Assembly (NCBI RefSeq): GCF_006345805.1
Contig: NW_021832970.1
Location: 1 to 64,000, forward strand
DNA from: Octopus sinensis
Lineage: Eukaryota
DNA length: 64,000 nt
Direction of reading: 5' to 3'
Shown: positions 1 to 11,321 of the stretch, piece by piece
Numbering within the stretch: the first letter of the stretch is position 1
How the letters are laid out: each line of letters begins with the position of its first letter
The notes under the pieces: model-generated
What the model was told of the DNA's origin: nothing
The model's database searches: none
What the model saw: only the letters and a program-made list of their open reading frames with translations
Program-made: the position numbers and the translations under genes

Positions 1-52
1 ACCATGTGGTTGGTAAGCAGGCCACTTAACCACACAGCCATCCTGCGCCTAT
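1..52 (-). mobile_element. SINE family A, 5' head cut by the window edge
   Basis: Reverse complement reads aggcgcaggatggctgtgtggttaagtggcctgcttaccaaccacatggt, matching the head of the full copy at 15728. Confidence 0.85.
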
Positions 53-282
53 TATACACATATTTATTTATTATTATTATTATTATCCAGTATCATGATT
101 TATTTGTTATTATTATATTATTATTGTTATTTGTTATTGTTATTATTATTTATTATTAGTTAAGTTCAATCGAGTTTGTTTTTTTTGGAAAGAAGTAATA
201 AATATAAAACCTTTCACTTTTATATTAATAAACTATGAAAAATGGTGGGAATATTATCTGTATGGACTTCAAGGGCTAAGTA

Positions 283-354
283 TGTAGTAGTAGTAGTAGT
301 AGTAATAGTAGTAGTAGTAGTAGTAGTAGCAGCAGCAGTAGTAGTAGCAGCAGC

Positions 355-389
<35 letters not shown>
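283..389. repeat. (GTA)n/(GCA)n trinucleotide microsatellite
   Basis: Direct reading. Confidence 0.95.
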
Positions 390-639
390 ATCAGTGCTCG
401 TTGCCCTCTGCATAAACGTCCTTCTCTACGTTATCCATACCTTTGGATACGATGTGGCCATAATAACTGTGTGGTTATATGTATGTAGGCTGTGATGTGT
501 GTATGCATGTATATTTTTATTGTATGCATGCTTTGTATGTGACTAAGGACAGTGGTAAGCTAAAGCCAGCTGAACAGTACTAGAGGAGTGGAAGATGTCA
601 AGACACTTTCTGCAATGGAAAAAAATATTGCAAAACAAA

Positions 640-875
640 CATATGGTACACACACACACACATAGGCACACATGCGCACCATGCACGCGAACACGTACAT
701 ACATACGCACACACACGCTGGGTACATATGTATGTATATTATATATATATATGTTTATAATATGTATGTGTGTGTGAGAGTGTTAGAGGTGGTGTGTGTG
801 GGCATAATACACACTCGCACTGTATGTATACACATGCACGTATATATATATATACATATATCTATATATATATAC

Positions 876-906
<31 letters not shown>

Positions 907-1798
907 CTTACCATATATATATACATATATATATATATACATATACATATATATATACATATATATATATATACATATACATATATATATACATATATAT
1001 ATATATACATATACATATATATATACATATATATATATATACATATACATATATATATACATATATATATATACATATACATATATATATACATATATAT
1101 ATATATACATATACATATATATATACATATATATATATATACATATACATATATATATACATATATATATACACATATATATATATACATATACATATAT
1201 ATATATCCCCTGCTTCCATCTCCTGAGCGCCTATTAATAATAATACTGTAATTGTTCCTGTTGTTGTTGTTTTTTTGTTTCCATTTTGGATTAAAATTAT
1301 ATATATATATATAGATATATACATATACATAATTTTTATATATTATATTTTATAACATATACATATACATATATATATATACATATACATATACATATAT
1401 ATATACATATATATATATATATACATATAAACTATACATATATATATATATACATATACATATATATATATATATACATATACATATACATATATATATA
1501 TATATACATATACATATACATATATATATACATATACAATATATATTTATATACATTATACATATACATTATACATATATAACATATATCTATATATACA
1601 TCTTCTATTATATATATACATATACATATACATATACTATACATAGATATATATATATACCGATATATACATATACATATATATAACATAATATCATAAT
1701 ACATATATATATATACATATACATATATATAACATATACCATATATATAAATATAGATAATATATATATATACATATATATATACATATACATATAAT
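640..1798. repeat. Compound (CA)/(TA)/(TATACA) microsatellite field
   Basis: Direct reading; the ORFs here are YI/HT repeats. Confidence 0.95.
1203..1300 (+). mobile_element. Degenerate 3' part of the hammerhead-carrying short element (cf. 9531-9702)
   Basis: tcctgagcgcctattaataataatactg...ttggattaaaattatata resembles tcctgagcgtccaataatact...ttggattaactatata; the ribozyme core is lost. Confidence 0.55.
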
Positions 1799-3110
1799 AT
1801 AAAATCCTTAAAAATCCTTTAAAATGTTTTAGCCCGAAGGCCGCGGCCATGCTGGGGCACCACCGCTGAATGAGCCACACTAGTTTGTGATCCACCTCGA
1901 TACGTGGCACTTGATCAACAAGGGAGTTCGATGCTGCTGCCCGCATCCGGTCTCCTGTCGTGAGGTAGGTTCATCTGGGACTCCCAACAAGAAGAGATCC
2001 AGTTTAGTTTTAAAGAAACCCACATCCACACCAATGTAAGTCTCTCAGGCATTTAGGGGAGGATGTTGAAAAGCTGTGGTCCTCTGAAACCCAAGCTGTT
2101 GCAGTATCTGGACCTGTATTTTGATGGTGATGTTGGAATCCTTGGCACCACGCATCGGCGCCCGTTCTGCGGTTGGAGTAACTTTGAATGCCAAAGTTTG
2201 GGATAACACCCTCCAGGATTTTCAGATGTATATACTGCATATCTCTCCCGCCTCCGCTCCAGGGAGAGAGGTTTATACCTTCAGTCTTTCCCAGTAGCTG
2301 ACATTTTGCATTGAGACGATTTTCTTTGTGTAGCTTCTCTGAGTTGCTTCGAGTTCTGCTGTTTGTTTTATATTGTGTGGGACCAAAGTTGGGAGCAGTA
2401 GTCCAAGCGGCTGAGGACAAATGTTTTCCATAGGACCATCAGTTTCTCCTTCTCTCTTGTTCTGAAAGTTCGGAGAATCCATCCAGCTAGCCGTCTGCAT
2501 TTTATCACAGATTAGCAATATGCATTTTGGAAAGATGCATCATTGCCTCATGTCAATGCCCAGGTCACGCACTGATTTTGACTCAGGGATTGCAATTTTC
2601 TGGGCCAGTGTATCCAGTCTTCACGTCATTTACTTTTGTGTGCCAGTAGCGCAGGGCCTGGAACTTACCTGCATTAAACTGCATGTTGTTGTCCTCAGCC
2701 CACCTGTATATTGTTGTCCAGCTCATGTTGCAGATGCGCAATATTTTCAGGGTTCTGTATTGCGTGGGAGAACTTTGTGTCATCTGCATAGCTAGCAAGG
2801 GTGGTCATCGTAGCAACTGAAAGGCATGTTGAAAGGGCCACTATGAACATCAGTGGCCCCAAGACAGGCCCTGTGGGACACCGCTGGTTATTTGCGTTTC
2901 CCTGGAGGTGGCTCCATTGCTCACAACTGCCTGTTTCTGTCTTTTAGGAAGTTGTGCAGCCACTCTCCAAGTTTCCCGCCTATGCCGAGACCACGCAGTT
3001 TGTGACAGATCATACCATGTGACTCTTTATCAAAGGCTTTTGCAAAGTCAAGATATATTACATCCACATTTGAGCCATTTAGTAGCTGTTTCAACACCCA
3101 GTCATAGTGT
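1799..3110 (-). mobile_element. 5'-truncated CR1/L2-type LINE: RT domain to 3' tail, frameshifted
   Basis: Minus-strand translation gives VDVIYLDFAKAFDK, SGVPQG..LGPLMF, ASYADDT, WAEDNNMQFNAGKFQ, VRDLGI, LERRRER; the 3' end has short (aaggatttt) repeats. Confidence 0.9.
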
Positions 3111-3374
3111 TATAATATATATATATACATATATATATTATAATATATACATACCATATATATATAATATACATACATATGGATATATATATAGACATAT
3201 ATTATATATATACATATATATATATAATATATACATATACATATATATATATATACATATATATATTATATATACATACTAAATATATATATACATATAC
3301 ATATATTATATATATATACATATATATATATATACATATATCTATATACATATTATATATATATACATATACAA

Positions 3375-3405
<31 letters not shown>

Positions 3406-3567
3406 CATAATATATACATATATATATATATATATACATACTACATACATATATATATATCACATATATCTAATATACATATATATATAATATATATACA
3501 TATACATACATTTATATATATATACATATATATTATATATATACATATATATACATATATATATACC

Positions 3568-3598
<31 letters not shown>

Positions 3599-3629
3599 CA
3601 TATATATACATATACATATATACATATAC

Positions 3630-3662
<33 letters not shown>

Positions 3663-3726
3663 CACATAACACTAATATATATATATACATATATATATTA
3701 TATAATATGTATATATAAATATATAA

Positions 3727-3761
<35 letters not shown>

Positions 3762-3820
3762 TGTATTTGCATATATATTATATATCTATATTTGTATATA
3801 TATATGTTATATATATATTT
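3111..3820. repeat. (TA)/(TATACA) microsatellite field
   Basis: Direct reading. Confidence 0.95.
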
Positions 3821-3883
3821 ATATAACAGAGAAGAGTGAAATCACATACCACACTAGAAAAGAGAGCGATAGAGAGAGAGTGT

Positions 3884-3925
<42 letters not shown>

Positions 3926-4449
3926 TGTGTGTGTGTGAGTGAGAGAGAGTAAGAGAAAGAGAGAGAAGGAAAAAGAGCGAAAGAGAGTGAGAGAGAAGAG
4001 ATAGAGTGAGAATGAGAGAGATTGTATTCAGCTCTCTCACACGACCGTGAAAACTACCGTACACAGACTTTTCTTTTGATGAATAAAACATTTTTTCTTC
4101 GTCATCATCGTTGTCGTTATTGTCGCCGTCGTCGTCATCGTCACCATTTCTGTTGTTGTTGTTGTTGTTGTTGTTCTTGTTGCTTTTATTGTTGCTGTTG
4201 ATAATAACAAACTATTTCTGAAATGTCTGCATTCTTTATTTCCTACATTCCTAAGATGAGTGAAGGGCGGAGATTTGCCTATAAAAGAAAACCGGTGGAG
4301 CAACGGACCAAGGTGCATTTAAAGCGTTTCATTTTCGTTTTCCTGTGGGGGGAGGCACGGTTGTTTGATGTTGTTGTTGTTTTCCATTTAAGTGTATTTA
4401 TTTTCTTCTTTTTTTAAAAGTTTAGTGTAATTTTTTATTTTAATTATAT

Positions 4450-4846
4450 AGGCGTAGGAGTGGCTGTGTGGAAAGTAGCTTGCTTACCAACAACATGGTT
4501 CCGGGTTCAGTTCCAAGGCGTTGCACCTTGGGCAAGTGTCTTCTACTATAGCCTCGGGTCGACCAAAGCCTTGTGAGTGGATTTGGTAGACGGAAATTGA
4601 AAGAAACCCGTCGTATATATGTATATATGTATGTGTGTGTGTGTGTGTATCTTTTTGTGTGTTTGTCCAGCCAACATCGCTTGACAGCTGATGCTGGTGT
4701 GTTTACGCCCCCGTTACTTAGCGGTTCGGCATAAGAGGCCGATAGAATAAGTACTAGACTTACAAAGAATAAGTCCTGGGGTCAATTTGTTTGACTAAAG
4801 GCGATGCTCCAGCATGGCCACAGTCAAATGACTGAAACAATAAAAA
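4450..4846 (+). mobile_element. SINE family A, full length
   Basis: tRNA-like head (ggagtggctgtgtgg ... ggttcagttcc), internal TA/TG microsatellite, tail ccagcatggccacagtcaaatgactgaaacaa. Confidence 0.9.
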
Positions 4847-4914
4847 TATATATATATTGGCATTTGAATTTCTTTTGTCCTCCGGGTGTCTGGGTGGGAA
4901 GATAACTATAAATA

Positions 4915-5747
4915 TGTTTCCAATTTTGGCACAAGGCCAGAATGTTCGAGGGTGGAGGCTACTCGATTCCATCGATTCCAATCTTCAACTGGTACTTATT
5001 TCATCGACCCCAAAAAACTGAAAGGCAAAATTGACAACGGCGGAATTTGAACCCAGAACGTAAAAACGGACTAAATGCCGCTAAGCATTTTACCTGGCGT
5101 GCTAACAATTCTTATTTCTTTATTGCCCACAAGGGGCTAAACATAGAGGGGACAAACAAGGACAGACAAACGGATTAAGTCGATTATATCGACCCCAGTA
5201 CATAACTGGTACTTAATTTATCGGCCCCGAAAGGATGAAAGGCAAAGTCGACCTCGGCGGAATTTGAACTCAGAACGTAGTGGCAGACGAAATACCGCTA
5301 AGCATTTCGCCCAGCCTGCTAACGTTTCTTATTTCTTTATTGCTCACAAGGGGCTGAACATAGAAGGGGACAAACAAGGACAGACAAACGGATTAAGTCG
5401 ATTAAATCGATCCCAGTACGTAACTGGTACTTAATTTATTGAGCCCAAAAGGATGAAAGGCAAAGTCGACCTCGGCTGAATTTGAACTCAGAACGTAACG
5501 GCAGACGGTATACCTATTTCTTTACTGCCCAAAAGGGGCTAAACACAGAGGGGACAAACAAGGACAGACGAAGGGATTAAGTCGATTACATCGACCCCAG
5601 TGCGTAACTGGTACTTAATTTATCGACCCCGAAAGGATGAAAGGCAAAGTCGACCTCGGCTGAATTTGAACTCAGGACGTAACGGCAGACGGAATACCGC
5701 TAAGCATTTCGCCCGGTGTGCTAACGTTTCTGCCAGCTCACCACCTT
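4915..5747 (-). mobile_element. Head-to-tail tetramer of SINE family B
   Basis: Four ~185-235 bp units, each containing gagttcaaattccgccgaggtcgactttgcctttcatcctttcggggtcgat; junctions near 5111, 5330 and 5512. Confidence 0.9.
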
Positions 5748-5749
5748 AG

Positions 5750-5836
5750 TTTCCATACAGTTTCTGTCTACCAAATTAATTCACAAGGCATTGGTCGGTT
5801 CCGCGGTATAGCAGAAGATACTTGTCCAAGATGTCG
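5750..5836 (-). mobile_element. SINE family A internal fragment
   Basis: Reverse complement matches caagtgtcttctactatag...gaccaaagccttgtgagtggatttggtagacggaaactg. Confidence 0.7.
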
Positions 5837-6012
5837 TTCTCTTCAGCCATCATAACCAGGGTATGACAGTGTCATCCGCAGGTGTGGTTCCAGTTCGGGA
5901 GTTCTGGAGTTGTAGAGAACGTGGAATCATCATCTCTTAATTACCATTATTTCCAAGTTCATTCTACCCGGGAACCGTAGTACCTGTCAGGGTCACAATT
6001 TTGGGTAAAATT

Positions 6013-6345
6013 TTGGGTTGTCCGGAAAGTTCGTACCGACTTTTAAAGGAAAGAAAAAGGTCTATAAATACTTTCCATCACATTTTTAATCAACCAAATA
6101 TGAACCATTTTGTTGCACAATGCGTCTCCATCTTTCCTTTAACTTGAAAATACCCTCTTCCCAAAATTGAGGTGGTTTCATGGCAAAGAATTCATCAATG
6201 TATCTTTTTACGTCATCCAAAGAATTGAAATTTTTACCATTAAGACTATTCTGCAGAGACCTGAATAAGTGGAAATCCGAAGGAGCAATATCTGGTGAAT
6301 ATGGAGGGTGGGGTAACACATCCCAGCCGAGCTGACTAAGTATGA
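6013..6345 (-). mobile_element. Mariner (DD34D-type) transposon 3' remnant: transposase C-terminus plus one TIR
   Basis: LGWDVLPHPPYSPDIAPSDFHLFRSLQNSL...WEEGIFKLKERW..VQQNGSY carries the mariner YSPDLAPxD motif; TIR-like ttgggttgtccggaaagttcgtaccgacttt at 6013. Confidence 0.9.
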
Positions 6346-6631
6346 CTAAGGAAACTAACATGAGGTATGTCCAATAACATAGGTTCATACTATAGAGGTA
6401 ACTATCTCGTGTAAGCGCGCATTGTGCCGCTGATAGAGTTAGCAGAAATGAGGTCGATCCTGGATGCTCCGCTGGGATATGGGTAGAAGGCCGTGAGGGT
6501 GTTTCTGAATGCTAACGATTATAAAGGCACCCAAAAAAAGCTAACGAAAGCATGGTTCTTGTTACCAGGTAATGAATTTTACATGTGAATTTACACATTT
6601 CTAATATATCAAGCCAGAAAAGACGATGAAC

Positions 6632-6830
6632 AGAGAACCGTTAGCACGTCGGGAAAATGCTTAGCGGTGTTCGTACGTCTTGGTGTTCTGAGTTCAAATT
6701 CCGACGAGGCCGACTTTGCCTTTTATCCTTCCGGAGTCGATAAAGTAAGTACCAGTTGAGCACTGGCATCGATATAATCGATTCCCCCCTCCTCCGAAAT
6801 TGCTAGCCTTGTGCCAAAATTTGAAACCAG
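6632..6830 (+). mobile_element. SINE family B, diverged, tail-2 type
   Basis: cgttagcacg..ttctgagttcaaattccg..ccttttatccttccggagtcgataaagtaagtacc..ccttgtgccaaaatttgaaacc. Confidence 0.8.
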
Positions 6831-7239
6831 TATCATAAAGCCAAATTATGAGATTAATATATGACACTCGTAGCTCGGATGAACAACGGTTAAGCTTATA
6901 CACAAGCATTATACACACACACAAAGTCGTCATAACGTTACCTAAAGCTACAGATGCAGTGACCGTCTTTATTGCATGTAATGGAAACAAATACTCCCTC
7001 GTGAGTGACGTCTCTGGTTTCGGTTACACTCCTACACATTTTATCAATTTTTAATACTATACACCAAATGTTTATACAATTTATCAATTTTCTACAGCAT
7101 TTAACAATTTTCTACATCATGTAGCAATGTTGTGTAAACTATGTCACATGTCTTATCAGTTCTATCAGGAAGTAAGCTATAGGCAAAGACGAAACATTGA
7201 CCCAGCTTCTGCTTCCGTTTCCAAGTTATTACATTTCAC

Positions 7240-7460
7240 GTAAGGGCGGTGGACCGGTAGGGATTTTTGAGCGTCGGAGCAAAATCCCATGCGGTATTTT
7301 GCTCTGGATACTTAAGTGCTGAGTTCAGATCTTAACGAGGCCAACTTTACCTTTCATCCTTCCGGTGTCGATATATTGATGTACTGGTCATATACAGGGA
7401 TCAGTTTAATCGACTGATCCCTCTCACCAAAAGATTTGTAGGCATGTGCCTTACATTAGA
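7240..7460 (+). mobile_element. SINE family B, old diverged copy
   Basis: ctgagttcagatctt..gaggccaactttacctttcatccttccggtgtcgat. Confidence 0.65.
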
Positions 7461-7554
7461 GACAGCTCTATTACGCTTTTGAAAAGTACATCTCGTTTAC
7501 AAAATCACATTGTATCTCTATTAAAAACCTAGGAATAACCAACGAAAGAGTCAT

Positions 7555-7740
7555 TTGGCCTGCTAGAAATCACAGCCAAATTTACTTCATAACATACTTT
7601 ACCATCCTACAAGATGAACAAATCTAACAGTGTCATTCTCGCTGCACACTACTTGATAGACGAGTTAGTCACGACTGGCACGCCGTTGATTATATGTCTG
7701 CTAAAACAAGTCTGATATGAGATTAACAATAACAGTAACC
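7555..7740 (+). repeat. Dispersed repeat family D (also 28755-28950 +, 51785-51962 +, 52418-52575 -)
   Basis: Four diverged segments share ctagaaat(a)gcagccaaatctccctcaaatc ... ggctggaa(t/c)gcctt ... aacaac-like motifs; origin unresolved, probably a retroposon 3' part. Confidence 0.5.
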
Positions 7741-7750
7741 AAGAAACTTG

Positions 7751-8065
7751 TGAAGGCGCGTGGCTTAGTGATTAGGGGCATTCTGCTCATGATCGTAAGG
7801 TCCTGAGTTCAATTCCCGGCGGCTATACGTTGTGTCCTTGAGCAAGACACTTTATTTCACGTTGCTCCAGTCCACTCAACTGGCAAAAATGAGTTGTATT
7901 TGTATTTCAAAGGGCCAGCCTTGTCACACTCTATAGTAGAAGACACTTGCCCAAGGTGCCACGCAGTGGGACTGAACCCGGAACCATGTGGTTGATAAGC
8001 AAGCTACTTACCACACAGTTAAGGGTATACATGTATGTGGAATACTCAGCCATTTACTGGTCAGT
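7751..8065 (+). mobile_element. SINE family C, interrupted by an inverted family-A head fragment (7931-8018)
   Basis: gaaggcgcgtggcttagtg..gagttcaattcccgg..tgtgtccttgagcaagacacttt; the C tail resumes at gttaagggtatac..gtggaatactcagcc as in the 50647 copy. Confidence 0.8.
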
Positions 8066-8395
8066 TCAGAGGCAAGTATTTCAGTTGACCGAAAAACAGA
8101 GTCCTCGTCATCAAAGGACGGAGATCCTCCAAAGGCGCGGAGACGGAGATACTTCGAAGGAGTAGACTACAGACTAACCGTCTTCAAAGCAAGGTCTATA
8201 TGAAATTGGTGGGGATGTTTAGCAATCACACTAATCATGGGTCCGGTGGACTAAGGTGGGACCCATGGATATGTGAAGGGCCCCAATTTAAAAGAAAAAA
8301 GAAAAAATCCTCACTGCTCCCTTAAATTGCGAGGAGAAGACGACTCCTGGGACCCGAAAACAATCATGTTCTGTCTGCAAATATTTATTTTATCT

Positions 8396-8608
8396 AAGGT
8401 GGCGAGCTGGCAGGATCGTTATCATATTGGACAAAATGCTTAGCGACATTTCGTCCGGCTTTACGTTCTGAGTTCAAATTCTGTTGAGGTCAAGTTCATC
8501 GTTCATCCTTTCGGAGTCGATAAAATAAGTACTAGTTAAGCATTGGGGGTCGATGTAATCGACTGTCCCCCACTTTTCCCTGAAATTGATGGTCTTGTGT
8601 CAAAATTT
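8396..8608 (+). mobile_element. SINE family B, tail-2 type
   Basis: aaggtggcgagctggcagg head through gtcttgtgtcaaaatttg. Confidence 0.85.
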
Positions 8609-9015
8609 GGCGTGACTGTACAGTAAGAGGCTATCTTTTTGTGGTTCTGGTTTCAGTCCTACTGCGTGACACCTTGCGCAAATATCTTCTACTATAGTCT
8701 CGGGTTAACCGAAGCCTTGTGAGTGGGTTTGGGAAACGGAAACTGAAAGAAGCCCGTCGTATATATGTATATACCTATGTGTGTATGTGTGTGTGAGTGT
8801 GTGTGTGTGTGTGTCAGTTTTTGCCACACACCCACCCCACCGCTTGACAGCCAGTTTTGGTCTGTTTACATCTCCGTAACTTAGCGGTTTGACAAAAGAG
8901 ACCGATAGAATAACTACTAGGCTTTAAATAAGTCCTAGGGTCGATTCCTTCAAGGCGGTACTCCAGCATGACCGCAGTCAAATGACTGAACCAAATAGAA
9001 GAATAAAAGAAATAA
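8609..9015 (+). mobile_element. SINE family A, diverged, nearly full length
   Basis: Matches the 15728 copy including the tail ccagcatgaccgcagtcaaatgactgaa. Confidence 0.85.
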
Positions 9016-9367
9016 AATATTTTATCTTGGAGGCCCCCATTCAAGGTTATTTCAGGCGTGGTCCTTGGATTAACAACGATCTGTGGGCGTTTGTCTCTGA
9101 GGCCTCTAGTGTTCAGTAGATGTCGGATAAAATCGTTTGTTTCCACGAGTTTGCAAGACACTGATGTATTGAGGGAAGAACCACCACCACCACAACCAGC
9201 AGCACCATCAGCACCAACACCCCACTACCACCACCACCGCCGCTCCTATATTTATTATTACCAGAACAGTTCCATCAGTTTGTGATATGTTATACCCAAC
9301 GCAGTACCTATTTAGAAACAGGTGAAATTGACAGTTGTTGAGACGGGCTGATGCACAGACATATACG

Positions 9368-9412
<45 letters not shown>

Positions 9413-9452
9413 TGATACAAAAAGAGATATACTCATGTGCGTGAGTGTATCG

Positions 9453-9530
<78 letters not shown>

Positions 9531-9531
<1 letters not shown>

Positions 9532-9702
9532 CTCGAGATCTTTCCTTCTCCTATGTTTCCGACGAAGAGCTCCGCTCGAAACGTCAAACCCTCCTTCTTC
9601 CCTTCTTTCCTGAGCGTCCAATAATACTTTATTTGTTCCACGTCCTCGCGTTGTTGTGTTTTGTTTTTTTTGTGTTTTCTTGTTTGGATTAACTATATAT
9701 AT
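9531..9702 (+). mobile_element. Short TA-flanked element with a minimal type-I hammerhead-like motif (9555-9589); probable Penelope-like solo pLTR
   Basis: gttt-ccgacga-a-gagc(tcc)gctc-gaaa-cgtc-aaac gives stem I gttt/aaac, stem II gagc/gctc and palindromic stem III acgt; homologous copies at 11068 and 24146. Confidence 0.75.
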
Positions 9703-9704
9703 AT

Positions 9705-9962
9705 AGTAAATAAATGTTCCTTCTCGAGCCGTGCCAGGCTCATAAGGGCCGGTTTCCCGGTTTCAGTGTCGTAGAAATTCCCCACCTGGACGGGACGCCG
9801 GTCTGTCGCAAGATTACTCATTTTTGCCAGCTGAATGGACTAGACTAACGTGAAAAGGAAGTGTTTTGCTCAAGAACACAACGCATCGCCCGGTCCAGGG
9901 ATCGAAACCACCACCATACGATCATGAGTTCAACATTCTAACCACTAAGCCACGCGCCTCCA
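9705..9962 (-). mobile_element. SINE family C variant, full length
   Basis: Reverse complement: ggaggcgcgtggcttagtggttagaatg..tttcgatccctggaccggg..tgtgttcttgagcaaaacactt. Confidence 0.85.
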
Positions 9963-10524
9963 CATATACATATACATACATACATACGTATCCATATATA
10001 TATAAGAATATAATGCATATATATATTTAAGAAAATAATGCATATATATATATAGACATGTTCGCGAGTGCATACGCACACAAACACACACACATACACA
10101 CATACATCGCATGTATAAGCTGATCTCTCTCTATATATAAATAGGTAGAGAAATGTGTGTGCCTAAGTATACATATACATACATACAGACATACAAACAC
10201 AGACATGGAGACATATATATATATATATAGAGAGAGAGAAGAGAGAGATTGAGAGAGAGAGAGATCCACGAGCGCGCACACACACACACACACACGCACA
10301 TACACACACACCACATACTCAGAATACCAGTAACATGATCCGAACCTACATTCTCTGGTTCTCTCATTCAATTATCCAATACACTAGAGACAAGGTGTTC
10401 CACGCCCTCGCTCTGATTCAGTTAAACGATGTGACGTCATAACAGTGATGAATGAACGGCTTTTATAGAATGAGCGTAACTCCCTCCACCATTCATAAGC
10501 AACAGCAACAATCATTACACTGGC

Positions 10525-10787
10525 TTGATGATGATGATGATGATGATTTCTTTTATTAGCCACAAGGGCATAGATATGGGTGGGTGGCTGGGGGGACATC
10601 ACAAGGACAGACAAGAATTTGTGTGGAGATTTACGTAAAGAATTTGGGAGAAAGAAATGGAAAAGACAGTGAAATGCGATAAAAGTAGACATCGTTTACA
10701 AAGCATGTGAGGAGATAAATTTTGCAGTTCTCTTGATACAGAGCGACTACATATAGGGCCAGTCAAAGAACCCCACAGATCCAGGAT
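10525..10787 (-). mobile_element. 3' end of a non-LTR retrotransposon (probably L1/Tx1-like) ending in (ATC)n
   Basis: Reverse complement ends ttgtctgtccttgtgatgtcccc...cccttgtggctaataaaagaaat(cat)n, the same terminus as SINE-B tail 1; clade assignment is inference. Confidence 0.55.
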
Positions 10788-10957
10788 TGACAACCGATGC
10801 TGGTGTGTTTACGTCCCCGTAACTCGGGCGATTCGGCATAAGAGGCCGATAGAATAAGTACTAGGCTTACAAAAAGTACGTCCTGGGGTCGATTTGTTCG
10901 ACTAAAGGCGGTGCTCCAGCATGGCCGCAGTCAAATGACTGAAACAAGTAAAAGAGT
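10788..10957 (+). mobile_element. SINE family A, 3' half
   Basis: ttgacaaccgatgctggtgtgtttacgtcccc...gactgaaacaagtaaaagagt. Confidence 0.9.
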
Positions 10958-11067
10958 ATGTCCAGATATGCAACTATGTGCACGAGAAAACATACATAAA
11001 ACATACACGCACATATATATATATGCATACATATATACATACATTCAATATGTGACCTCGTGTGTAT

Positions 11068-11215
11068 CGTTGGCGATTCTTTTTCATCCGTCTTCCCTTC
11101 CTTGGATCTTTCCTTTTTCTATGTTTCTGACGAGGCGCTCAGCTCGAAACGTTAAATCCTCCGTCTTTCTTTCCTTTCCTGAGCGTCCAATAACGCTATA
11201 CTTGTTCCATATTTA
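11068..11215 (+). mobile_element. Second copy of the hammerhead-carrying short element (motif 11123-11157)
   Basis: gttt-ctgacga-ggcgctcagctc-gaaa-cgtt-aaat has a canonical CUGANGA core but a damaged stem II; the downstream sequence matches 9590-9640. Confidence 0.7.
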
Positions 11216-11290
11216 TAAATATGTATGTATGTATTTACATATATATGTATATATTTAAGTTTCTATTTGCCAAATATATTTGTGCGTTTG

Positions 11291-11321
<31 letters not shown>

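Noticed and set aside
4915-5747. Retrozyme interpretation of the SINE-B tandem array
   Set aside because: No CUGANGA/GAAA hammerhead core was found by eye on either strand of the unit.
6086-6388. Functional SETMAR-like or intact transposase gene
   Set aside because: Only the C-terminal ~90 aa and one TIR remain; the ORF's N-terminus is unrelated flanking sequence.
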